From the NCBI GenBank assembly GCA_965153285.1, contig OZ229112.1: a DNA stretch of 64,000 bases; one strand, 5' to 3'. The translations under genes and the position numbers were made by a program. How positions within the stretch are numbered: position 1 is the stretch's first letter; the number at the start of each line of letters is the position of its first letter. Origin of the DNA: Podarcis tiliguerta (taxonomy: Eukaryota). The notes under the pieces were generated by a model. That model was given only the letters and a program-made list of their open reading frames with translations. It searched no databases and was not told the DNA's origin. Shown one piece after another: positions 53,154 through 64,000 of the stretch.

Positions 53154-54409
53154 TGGGGGTATATTAGAAAACTAATTTTAAACAATTCTTTAAAAATAAG
53201 AAGATTGTATATAACCTTAGAAGGGGTGTGGCCGTGACTACCAATTTGCACTTCCAAATTTGCAATGCTTTTTTTCAGCCAGAACTCACCAGAACTCAGT
53301 TTCGGCACTTTTCAGGTGGGGGCCATTGCCATTATAAGAGAACAAGGGAAACATTCATGGTGAGTTCCGGCACCTCTCTTTCTAGAAAAATAGCACTGTG
53401 AATTTGCCACTACAGGTTAAGATCATGTCCAAAACTGTATAAGCTACACAAAACATGCAATACATATAAGTGGGGGAGGGGACTTTCATAAGGGGAACAG
53501 AATGTACTCTGAAAAGAGTTTATGATGTAGGATTGGAAATACGAGAACTGTCCCATCACTGTGAACAAGCAGCTATGTGTTATTAAAAGGTGGGTGCATG
53601 TGCCAATTTTTCTGCTAGCAGTGCTTGTCTTTTCGCTTTCCCTACACTCCTTCTATATTGGTTGAGTCAATATGTCGTTAATAAAAGTAAAATATTTGAT
53701 ACGGAGGGTGGGGGAGGGGAACCTAATTGTATAAGTGTCTTGAAAACTTTCTTTTTCCAAAGAAGAAGAAGAAGAAGTCCAGAATCTGCCTCTTAGATCA
53801 GACAGAACAAAGTCTATCAGGAGCCATGAGTTCTGGGAGAAAATAAACTGCAAGGTTATGTAATTATATGTGGTTATAAAGTAGATGTGAAGTCATGTAG
53901 TTGGCTTGTCACTGGGTATGGGTGTAACAGTAATTTCTTCATCTGTATATAAAATAAAATAAAACGGAACAGAAAACTATGAGAACTCCCAATCAAATTT
54001 GATATGCTAGTTTAATGAAGTAACCTGCTGGAATCCAAGAGTGAGTCTCAGGGGAATAAAAGAAACCACGTTGTGTTGGTCCAACAATCTAATCTTGCCT
54101 TTGAATGAACCAGTTAATGCCAAACCAAAAAGTTGGCAAGAAAGGTCCTGTGACCACTATTTCCTGGGTTTTTGTTCTGCTTGCACATACTTCAGCAATG
54201 CTTACTATTTATAAAGTAGATTTGGAATCCAGAGCCCCCCTTTTTTTACAGTGTTTAAGTAATTCATCTTTTGTGTGTTAAAGCTGTGAGATTGGTTGCT
54301 GTTATTTAAACTAGCCACATGCCAACTAAATAGTAGGGTCTGGAGTGCTTACACAATACAGAATGAGGGCTGGGTAAAATGTATGGGGTGGTCCTTAGTA
54401 TTCTACACC

Positions 54410-54645
54410 CTTATTCTTGCCAAATTCAGAACATCATTCTTGTAATGGGGAGGCTAGCAGATGGTGTATGTGCATGTAAATAGCAATCGGTACTTGGTGA
54501 TGGTGGACTATTTCACAAACTATATGGAAACAGTATGTCTGAGAATCATGTCAATAATGTAACAGGCAGGCTACAGAGCATATCTGCACATTGTGGACTT
54601 TCTGAAAAAGCTTGTAGCAGACAATGCTTCTCAGTTCATATCTTA
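54410..54645 (+). mobile_element. Gypsy-like integrase relic
   Basis: YLVMVDYFTNYME (from 54491) and frameshifted SISAHCGLSE / KLVADNASQFIS resemble the first two DDE-core motifs of Ty3/Gypsy integrases. Confidence 0.65.
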
Positions 54646-55454
54646 AAAGAGACTTAAAGTCTTAAAAGTTGGTGACCAAGTTGTTACTAATGATAGTTGG
54701 GATTTCAGGACATTGGTTCATTTTGAGGACTATTAATTACTAATTTGACACATTTTGAATTAGTAAAGTAGGACATGATTATATAGCAAGGGTTAAATGT
54801 AACTGGAGGAAAGGAGATGTAACGGAGAGCTTAACTGTTATGCTGCTATGCCAACCACAGGTGGTGCTGTATCTGAATTGCTGCTGTTCTAGACTATTTT
54901 TTAGCAATAAAGTTGTTGTTCTATTAGGCATCGATTTTGGCCTGGCGTCTTCTCTGAAAATAACCTGACAATTTTGTAGATGTACCTTCCTTCCAATACA
55001 CTGATTTGATATATGGTGTTGTACTTTAGGTCCCATGGCACTATTCGGAAGACAAAGAAACCCTATTGCCAAAAATCCCACACTGGTGCAAGTACACATA
55101 ATTAATTACATGATCACAATTTACTTCTCAGACTTAGAGAAATGTAAACATGGAAACTCTATACAACTGTTTGATAAACTGGCATTCTATACAGATACCT
55201 TCTATGCTAGATCAGTTGCCTGGATCAGTCTAGGAAGACTCGGATACAATCCTAGAATTGTAGAGTTGGAAGGGACCCCGAGGGTCATCTACTCAATGCC
55301 ACGCAATGCAGGAATCTCAGTTAAGCATCCAACCTCTGCTTAAGAACCTCCAGTGAAGGAGAGTCCATGACCGTTCTGAGGGTGTTCGTTCCACTGCCAA
55401 ACAACTCTTACCGTTCTTTCTGATGTTTAGTCAGAAGCTCCTTTCTTGTAACTT

Positions 55455-57195
55455 AGAATCATAGAATCATAGAGTTGGAAGAGACCACAAGGGTCATCGA
55501 GTCCAACCCCCTGCCAAGCAGGAAACACCATCAGAGCACTCCTGACATATGGTTGTCAAGCCTCTGCTTAAAGACCTCCAAAGAAGGAGACTCCACCACA
55601 CTCCTTGGCAGCAAATTCCACTGTCGAACAGCTCTTACTGTCAGGAAGTTCTTCCTAATGTTTAGGTGGAATCTTCTTTCTTGTAGTTTGTATCCATTGC
55701 TCCGTGTCCGCTTCTCTGGAGCAGCAGAAAACAACCTTTCTCCCTCCTCTATGTGACATCCTTTTATATATTTGAACATGGCTATCATATCACCCCTTAA
55801 CCTCCTCTTCTCCAGGCTAAACATGCCCAGCTCCCTTAGCCGTTCCTCATAAGGCATCGTTTCCAGGCCTTTGACCATTTTGGTTGCCCTCCTCTGTACA
55901 CGTTCTAGTTTGTCAGTGTCCTTCTTGAACTGTGGTGCCCAGAACTGGACACAGTACTCCAGGTGAGGTCTGACCAGAGCAGAATACAGTGGCACTATAA
56001 CTTCCCTTGATCTAGATGCTATACTCCTATTGATGCAGCCCAGAATTGCATTGGCTTTTTTAGCTGCCGCGTCGCACTGTTGGCTCATGTCAAGTTTGTG
56101 GTCAACCAAGACTCCTAGATCCTTTTCACATGTACTGCTCTCAAGCCAGGTGTCACCCATCTTGTATTTGTGCCTCTCATTTTTTTTGCCCAAGTGCAAT
56201 ACTTTACATTTCTCCCTGTTAAAATTCATCTTGTTTGTTTTGGCCCAGTTCTCTAATCTGTCAAGGTCGTTTTGAAGTGTGATCCTGTCTTCTGGGGTGT
56301 TAGCAACCCCTCCCAGTTTGGTGTCATCTGCAAATTTGATCAGGATGCCCTTGAGTCCATCATCCAAGTCGTTGATAAAGATGTTGAATAAGACCGGGCC
56401 CAAGACAGAACCCTGTGGCACCCCACTAGTCACTCTTCTCCAGGATGAAGAGGAACCATTGATGAGCACCCTTTGGGTCCGGTCAGTCAGCCAGTTACAA
56501 ATCCAGTGAGTGGTAGCATAGTCAAGACCGCATTTTACCAGCTTCTTTACAAGAATATCATGGGGCACCTTGTCAAATGCCTTGCTGAAATCAAGGTAGA
56601 CTACATCCACTGCGTTCCCTTCATCTACCAGGCTTGTAATTCTGTCAAAAAATGAGATCAGGTTCGTCTGACATGACTTATTTTTCAGAAATCCATGCTG
56701 ACTATTGGTGATCACAGCATTCCTTTCTAGGTGCTCACAGATTGTTTGCTTAATGATCTGCTCCAGAATCTTCCCTGGTATTGATGTTAGACTGACTGGG
56801 CGGTAATTATTTGGGTCCTCTCTTTTCCCCTTTTTGAAAATAGGGACAACATTTGCCCTCCTCCAGTCTGCCGGGACTTCGCCTGTTCTCCAGGAATTCT
56901 CAAAGATGACTGCCAGTGGTTCTGAGATCACATCTGCCAGTTCTTTTAATACTCTTGGATGCAGTTCATCTGGCCCTGGAGACTTGAATACATCTAAACT
57001 AGCCAAGTATTCTTGTACTATCTCCTTAGTTATTCTGGGCTGTGTTTCCTCTGCTGAATCATTTCCTCCAAATTCTTCAGGTCGGGCATTGTTTTCTTTA
57101 TCGGAGAAGACTGAGGCAAAGAAGGCATTGAGGAGTTCAGCCCTTTCTGTGTCCCCTGTTTGCATTTCACCATCTTCTCCTCTGAGTGACCCCAC
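55455..57195 (-). mobile_element. Young 5'-truncated CR1 LINE with an uninterrupted 554-codon RT frame (55531-57195)
   Basis: [62 protein letters not shown]; (ATTCTATG)n tail; AACTT direct repeats at 55450-55454 and 57196-57200. Confidence 0.97.
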
Positions 57196-57546
57196 AACTT
57201 GAATCCATTGATTCGGGTCCTAGCCTCTGGAGCAGAAGAAAACAAACTTGCTCCATCTTTGATGTAACAGCCCTTGAGATATGTGAAGATGGCTATCATA
57301 TCTCCTCTCAATCTCCTTTTTACCAGGCTATACAAACCTAACTCCCTTAACCATTCCTCATAAGACTTGGCTTCCAGACCCTTGATCATCTTGGTTGCCC
57401 TCCTGTGCACACGTTCCAGCTTGTCAATAATATTTTTAAATTGTGGAAATAGTACTTCAAGTGTGGCCCAACCAAGGGAGAATAGAGCAGAACTATGACT
57501 ATGACTTCCCTTGATAAGGGCACTAGACTTCTGTTGATGCAGCCTA

Positions 57547-57908
57547 AGGTAAAGGTAAAGGTACCCCTGCCCGTACGGGCCAGTCTTGACAGACTCTAGG
57601 GTTGTGCGCCCATCTCACTCAAGAGGCCGGGGGCCAGCGCTGTCCGGAGACACTTCCGGGTCACGTGGCCAGCGTGACATCGCTGCTCTGGCGAGCCAGA
57701 GCCGCACACGGAAACGCCGTTTACCTTCCCGCTAGTAAGCGGTCCCTATTTATCTACTTGCACCCGGGAGTGCTTTCGAACTGCTAGGTTGGCAGGCGCT
57801 GGGACCGAGCAACGGGAGCGCACTCCGCTGCGGGGATTCGAACCGCCGACCTTTCGATCGGCAAGCCCTAGGCGCTGAGGCTTTTACCCACAGCGCCACC
57901 CGCGTCCC
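57547..57908 (-). mobile_element. Sauria SINE, distinct CpG-rich subfamily
   Basis: Perfect 13-bp TSD TTGATGCAGCCTA (57534-57546, 57909-57921); (AAAGGT)n tail. Confidence 0.93.
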
Positions 57909-58400
57909 TTGATGCAGCCTAGGATATTACAAAACATGTAATTCTGTGAAAAGGAATGAGAGCATTCAGATTATTAATACATTACTATTCAAAGAAGAAT
58001 TACTCAACTACTTTCTGTATATGGAAGGTTAAGCACAACCTGGGAAAAACATCCAGTGGCTGTGTAAGAATCCAGGCCTTCATAAATTAGTAGAAGGATT
58101 TTTTTCAGGGGTAGGTGATGGACATGTAAATGCTGCTACCCAATCCCAGACTGTAGTGGTTCTAGGGGTTGCTCGTGTGTAAGCCGGTGCAAACACCTGG
58201 CTGGGTTGCCTGAGTGAACCTTTTCTGTCCGGACAGCCACTCACCCGTGGCTGTCTCAGTCGCTGGCAGAATCCGTCAGTGGGCGTTTCTTAAACTTCTT
58301 CCAGGAAAGAAGCTCTTTGACACCTAGTCTTCTTCTACTCTCTCTGCGCGAAAGCCTTCTGCGCAAGGAGGGCGTAGGCAGCGGAGGACCCCTACTCTCC

Positions 58401-58515
58401 ACATAGCCTTAACTATACAGACCTTTGTCGTCAAGGTGATGTCTCTGCTTTTTATGCTGTCTAGGTTTGTCATTGCTTTTCTCCCAAGAAGCAGGTGTCT
58501 TTTAATTTCATGACT
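58401..58515 (-). mobile_element. BovB internal fragment
   Basis: SHEIKRHLLLGRKAMTNLDSI-KSRDITLTTKVCIVKAM, a BovB ORF segment. Confidence 0.85.
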
Positions 58516-61500
58516 GATGCAGTAGAACAGAGACAGTGCTTTATGTGATGAATGCAGGGCAGGCAGAAAACAATGCCTTCTTACATTCTCACACCTGCGT
58601 GCTTCAAAGTGGCCTCCATCCTGGGAAAGTAGCATCCACATTATACATTTTATATCTATCTTTAACAGTCATGGTTGTCCCCTCTCCTGACACACAAAGA
58701 ATCCTGTGCTCTGTAGCTTGTTAAGGGTGCTGAGAATTGTCGAGAGACCCTCCTCACAGAACTACAACTCCCAGAGTTCCCTGGGAAGAGGGATTGATTG
58801 CTAAACCAGTTTACCTCTGTAGTGTGGACAGGGGCAGCCTGAGGTGTTTTGCCCCACTTCTGCCCCCACAACGGGGGGAGCAAACTCCACAAAGGCTTCT
58901 CCATGAGGTGGGGGGGGGGGAGAGATCCTTTCAGGACCCTTCTACCTGGAGGTGGGGTTTTGTGTTGGCTGTTCCCTTCAGGAGAAGCCAGTTTAAAGCC
59001 CTGTCACCCTGCTAGGTGGTGAGTGATCTCCCCCCACCCCACCCAGTGGTACATCTCAGTGGCAGAATGCCTCCCTTTCATTGACTCAGCAGGAGGGTTG
59101 AACTTTGTCACCGGTCTTTCTCTGCCCCAGAGACTTGGGAGACCAGCGGCAAAGCTTGATGGCAGAATGGGGGGTGCCGTCCCTTACGGAGTGCCGCCCA
59201 AGGCAGCTGCCTCCCCCTGCCTCATGCACGGGCTGCTCTGGGTGTGGATGTGCCCAAAAGACATATCAAAACTTGACCCAGTAGGTAGCCTGACAGAGGC
59301 CTTGGAATGAACTCTGTGTAGTCAGTCTCTCAGCTCAAGACCAACAGTAGGGAAATGTGTTAGCTGGATGGCTTCTCCATAGCAGAAAAGCTGAAGAATG
59401 ATCTGTATTTGAAGAATTTATGCGTGAAGAATTTCAAAAGCTGAGCTTACCTTATTGTTGAGAGGTGGCTGTGGGTTGCGTGAAGGGATGGATGATGCTG
59501 TCAATTGTGGTTTCACTTTCTCACTCTTCCAATCTTGACTTCAGCTCTTACCATTTCAACATCAGTTTGCTTTTTTTTTTTAGGGAAAAAAAAAATCTTC
59601 TCAAGAATTTGTCAACAGTTTAGTACACATTTCTCCACTTCTTCTTTTACTTGTATCATATGAAATGATGACATGACAGCCTCCCATCAGGGTGGGAAGT
59701 TCACGGAGCAAATGCAGCCTGGCTTGGAGTTCCTCTCACCTCTTTTATAATCCAGTCCTGTCCCTTCAGCTTGATGGACTCCTTTGAAAGACTGCCAGTT
59801 GGCAATGATAACTCCTCATGGTACCGGCTTGTAGACTGAGCTGAAAAAACAACGACAGTGTATATATCTCAAGGAAAAGTGGGAGGTCAGCCAGATTCTT
59901 TCAGGACCTTTTTATAAGAATCAGCTCCTGGTATCCTAGGGCAGCTGCCAGGACCCCTGTTGAGCCCACCAGACACCTAGTGCTGTGCCGTAACCTGTTC
60001 TCCTATTTCTCAAAAGTTTTCTTGGCCTGTAAAAGAGGCTGCAATTCTTATGCCTCAAAAAGACGTCCATGCAACATTTATGACTAGTGGTAGTGGCTGG
60101 CAGAGCAGAGAGCGGTGAGACGGTGTTTCCTACCTGGCTTCCAAACGTGGAGGTTGTTGCCAGTTTTTGAGAGGGAGAAGGGCAAGGTGCTATGGAGCTC
60201 AGTGTGGTGAGGGGACAGCTCTTCAGTCCACCGTTGCCTCTTGGTCACGTCCTCCATGTTGGGAAGCCCTGTTGGTCACGCTGCTCTGTTGGCCATTACT
60301 GATGATCAGCTAGCTCAGTGTTTCCCAAATTTGGGTCTCCAGCTGTTGTTGGACCACAACTCCCATTATCCCTGAACACTGGTCCTGCTAGCTAAAGATA
60401 ATGGGAGTTGTAGTCCCCAAAACAGCTGGGGAACACTGAGCAAGACTGAATGCAGCTCAGCAGGTAGAGAGACTGACCTGTTTTTGCTCTCTGCACAGCA
60501 CTTAGCAGGTGGTGATTGGTGTAAGTGAGTTCTGCTGGATTGAAAGTGAAGGTTGTTATCAGTGATGGATCCAACTTTGGTGAAGGCTTGGGCAAGAGGA
60601 TCTCAGTAGGCCCTGCAGCTCTCAGTCGGGCCTGCTCCTCATCTTCACACAGTCACTGCTGCCCATCAGCTTGGTTTCACCCACACAGCTGCCCAAAGCT
60701 GCCATACGTCTGGGAATCACGTCCTGGTGGATTTTTTCTCAGCCCTATGGCAAGCAGGGTAACTTTGATAAAACATCTACTACTTTTTGTATTTTTACTG
60801 TTGCTACGATAACTGCTTTTGTTTCTGATGTTTCTGATCTGTTTTATATTTGTTTTATGGTTCTCTTTTGTAGGCTATCTTGGAAAATCTAGATTAATAA
60901 AATTATGGGGATTTTTTTAAAAAAAAGAAATTCCTACACCACATGAGTGTAAAAAAAAGAAGACCTCAAAGTGGTTTACAAAAAGAATAAAATTATCCAT
61001 AAACACAGTTAAGAACAACCATTTTAAACCTACAAAATTAAAATTTCATCAAAAACAGATTAAAACATGCACCAACCTTCTAGAAATGTGGGTAGGCTTG
61101 TCTAAACAAAAATGTTTTTAGCAGGCAGGGAAAGGAGTACAGGGAAGGCGCTTGCCTGATATCAATAGGCAGGCAGTTTCAAAGTATAAGTGCTGCCAAA
61201 CTAAAAGATCTATAGAGATGCATGTACTGTCCAGAAGTGCAGCTCCACATTGAACAACATTGAATGTCAGCGACTTCTAGATCGTGCCAACATTTTCCAA
61301 AGGACTCATTTGCCTTAGTTTTGCCAGTTCAGTACTGCAAATGAACCGAGATGAAAGCAACTTCAGAACCCATCTAATTACAAGCGCGGCCACAAACGTT
61401 AAGAGTGAAATGGGACTTGTTCCTGAAAGAAAGCACAGTGGAACAATATTATGCAGTGTACAAATTCCATCAAACCACTGTACAAATAAACAATGCTACT

Positions 61501-62244
61501 GAATCACACAACAAATCATCGTACAATTAGGCCACACAAGACCATCTGGTTTACAAAGCAGCCTCTGAGCCAGAGGAGAAAACTTTGAAGATAAATATTC
61601 CCATATGCGAAAGGCAAATAAAACAAAATTACTACTCGCATGGAGCATCATTCTGTAATGTAATTCTCCGTGGGAATAGAGGGTTTCATACAGGGACTGC
61701 TCCGTTCTGAACGAAATTTGACAGATGCAGAAGGGGATGGAGTTACAAATTGGTTTGGGCGCCGTAGGAGCTTGACTAACTGGCAGTGCTGCTGGCTCTC
61801 TGGCTGTTTGTTTTCTGCTTGAGCGTATCATTGTGGATAATGCTTCAGAAGACAACTCAAAAGTGCACAATATATTTTAGTTTCTCTCCCCCCCCCCCCC
61901 GTCTAGGGGTGGATAGGTGCATACATCAAGTTCCTCTCTGCTTTTCTAATAAAACAGGCTTTATGCCATTTCAGACAACTGTGAGGTCAAAGTGCCACAA
62001 CACTGAAGGCCCAATACCTATATTGTGTGGAAGGGGCTTCCTGAAAAGATGGCCTCTACAAGTAGCCCTCACAAGAACACAGGAAGTTGCCTTATACCAA
62101 ATCAGACCATTGGGTGATACAGTTCAGTCTTTCTACATAGACTGGCAGTGTCTCTCTGGTGCTGTCAGGAAGGAATGCTCTCCCAGCCCTACCAAGAGAT
62201 GCCAGGGAACTTGGGAACTTCTGACTGCAAGGCAGAGTCTCTGC

Positions 62245-62284
62245 CACTGCATCCCTCACCCGCACACTGCATCCCTCACCCGCA
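62245..62284. repeat. Perfect 20-bp tandem duplication
   Basis: (cactgcatccctcacccgca) x2. Confidence 0.9.
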
Positions 62285-64000
62285 CAGTGTAGGTTAAATC
62301 AACACCAATTATGTTAAATCAGCACCCACCACCTCTAATTTTATAAAGTTAAATTGTTTTCTTGGATCACATGCAACACTTCCCAAGTGGATGCGGCAGC
62401 CTTTCCTTAAGCCAGCCTTAAAAGGGTCATTTTTCCTCAGTCAGAGCCTGATTGAAATGTTCACGAAAGAAGAAATCTCTGAAATCTCTGTGAGGCCTTT
62501 TCCCTGGGTCGACGTGCTCTGACAGCTGTTCCCTGAAAGACGCCATTGACCTCTTGAGCTTAGGGCTGTCCTTTGCCAGGAACCTACAAGGTTTCCAGAA
62601 TCTTCATTTGTTTGCACAATGCCTGACATTTAGTAGCTTGTTTTCTATTTACCTCATTCCGTATCTAACTTTATTTTATTTGACAGAGGAGGAATTTCTT
62701 GTCCTTTGGCGTCATGAGCCCATGGAGGGCATTTTGGTAGCGTAAAAGAAATTGTATTTCTTTCTTTCATTTATATCCCACCTTTTTCTCCAAGAAGCTC
62801 AAGGTGGCATACATGGTTCCCCTGTCCTCATTTAATCTTCACAACAACCCTGTGGAGTAGGTTAGTCAGAAAGGCAGGGACTGGCCCAAGTGAGCTTCCT
62901 GGCCGAGTGGGGATCTGAACCCTGATCTCCCAAGTCTTTGTCCAACAGTCTATACCACACTGGCTTTAAATGACATGGTTGTGTCATGTCTTCAGTAGAG
63001 CCTGGAACTATGTGATGTTCTCCTTGTTTAGAATCTAATATGAACAGAGGTTATGCCCTAAAGCAGGGAATGGGGAAACTATGGCCCTCCAGATGTAGCT
63101 GAACTACAATTCCCATCATCCTTCACTTTGTCCATGCTGGCTGGGGCTGATGGGAACTGTAGTCCAACCTTCTTGCAGGGGGCTGTGGTGGACCACTTAA
63201 TAAACTTTTTTTTGGGGGGGGGTCTACAATTCAACCTATATCCATAACTCATATTTTGATAACCATAGTTCTGCCTTTTAGCCGATAATTTTCAGGGGAG
63301 GAAATTAGTAGACTGCCCGAGTTACACTGTGAAAGTATCACAGGTCCCCATTTCCGGGTGTTGTTATGCTGCATGCTAAATCTGGCCCTGGACAGAACAG
63401 CCTCAATCTCTGTCATCAAAATAAATAAATCAAGTGTGTTGTCAAATATATATATATTCAACTGTTCTGCATTTCCCCCTGCATGGATAGACCACGGTCT
63501 GAGAACCTCTCCAATACAACGCTGTAATTTATCCTTCTTGGCAAAGCACATTCTCTTTATTTTGAAACATATAGTGAGTCAGAGCATTGGTCCTTCTAGC
63601 TCAGTATTACCTACACTGGCTGGCAACAGGCATTCAGGGTTTAAGGAAGGAGTCACTCCACACCACTCTAGAGTTTCTTTGTTCAGGTAGGATGTTGATT
63701 ACATAGATTTCATTTCTCTGAAATGGCAAGCATCATGAGGAGGGACAAAGGAAAGGGGAGTTACCTCATAATTTCCCCCCTTTTCTCTTCCCATCACTCT
63801 TCCTCCAACACCATGTAAGCGACATTATTCACTCTGTAAAGATACTTGGGAAACTTGCTAAGTTTTTCCCTCAGGCCTGCAGTGGATGTACGCTGGGGAA
63901 CAGGAAATGTGGAGTCTTGTGATGCAGATTGTTATACCAGATGACAATCATAGCACATGCTATTTGTGTAGATCAGTGGTGTAAGTGAGTCATCATGTGG

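Larger units (their letters stand above)
55253..57930 (-). mobile_element. Old CR1 3' fragment split by two younger insertions
   Basis: Pieces 55253-55454, 57196-57546 and about 57909-57930 rejoin into a continuous CR1 3' region (RRATKMIKGLEAKSYEEWLRELGLYSL...). Confidence 0.85.

Noticed and set aside
55531-57195. Longest ORF (554 aa) as a novel host gene or RT-based system
   Set aside because: Ordinary CR1 ORF2 fragment: 5'-truncated, no endonuclease domain or promoter, starts at GTG at the truncation point.
61496-62292. 124-aa and 168-aa ORFs as a downstream gene
   Set aside because: Non-ATG starts, no recognisable domain, and the longer one runs into a degenerate SINE.

Overview
Eukaryotic vertebrate genomic DNA, almost certainly a squamate reptile and most likely a lacertid lizard, judging from ten Sauria-SINE copies of the Podarcis-type consensus plus BovB, CR1, L2, L1 and Rex1 remnants. 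The one host gene is TGFB2 on the + strand. Coding exons 2-7 (22997-23160, 36891-37023, 37142-37252, 38973-39147, 41420-41573, 43664-43822) all have GT-AG boundaries and splice into one open frame (896 nt, starting in phase 1) encoding the C-terminal part of the LAP prodomain, an RRRKR furin site and the complete 112-aa mature TGF-beta2. Exon 1 is not in the window, so 1-22996 is inferred to be intron 1. A 3'UTR that resembles the mammalian TGFB2 3'UTR follows (about 43823-45320), and the rest is repeat-rich intergenic DNA with several repeat-free, enhancer-like blocks. Almost every ORF in the supplied track is spurious or transposon-derived; the 554-aa ORF is a 5'-truncated CR1 reverse transcriptase. 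There is one 211-N assembly gap. I found no convincing novel multi-gene system. The best leads are: loss of the Asp in the TGF-beta2 integrin-contact loop (SGDQKTI becomes SGEKSL), an L20F change in the mature ligand, a divergent start of exon 2, a possible relic of the mammalian long-isoform cassette exon, inverted SINEs bracketing exon 2, and several nested retroelement insertions. Comparisons with human or chicken sequences are from memory and need database confirmation.
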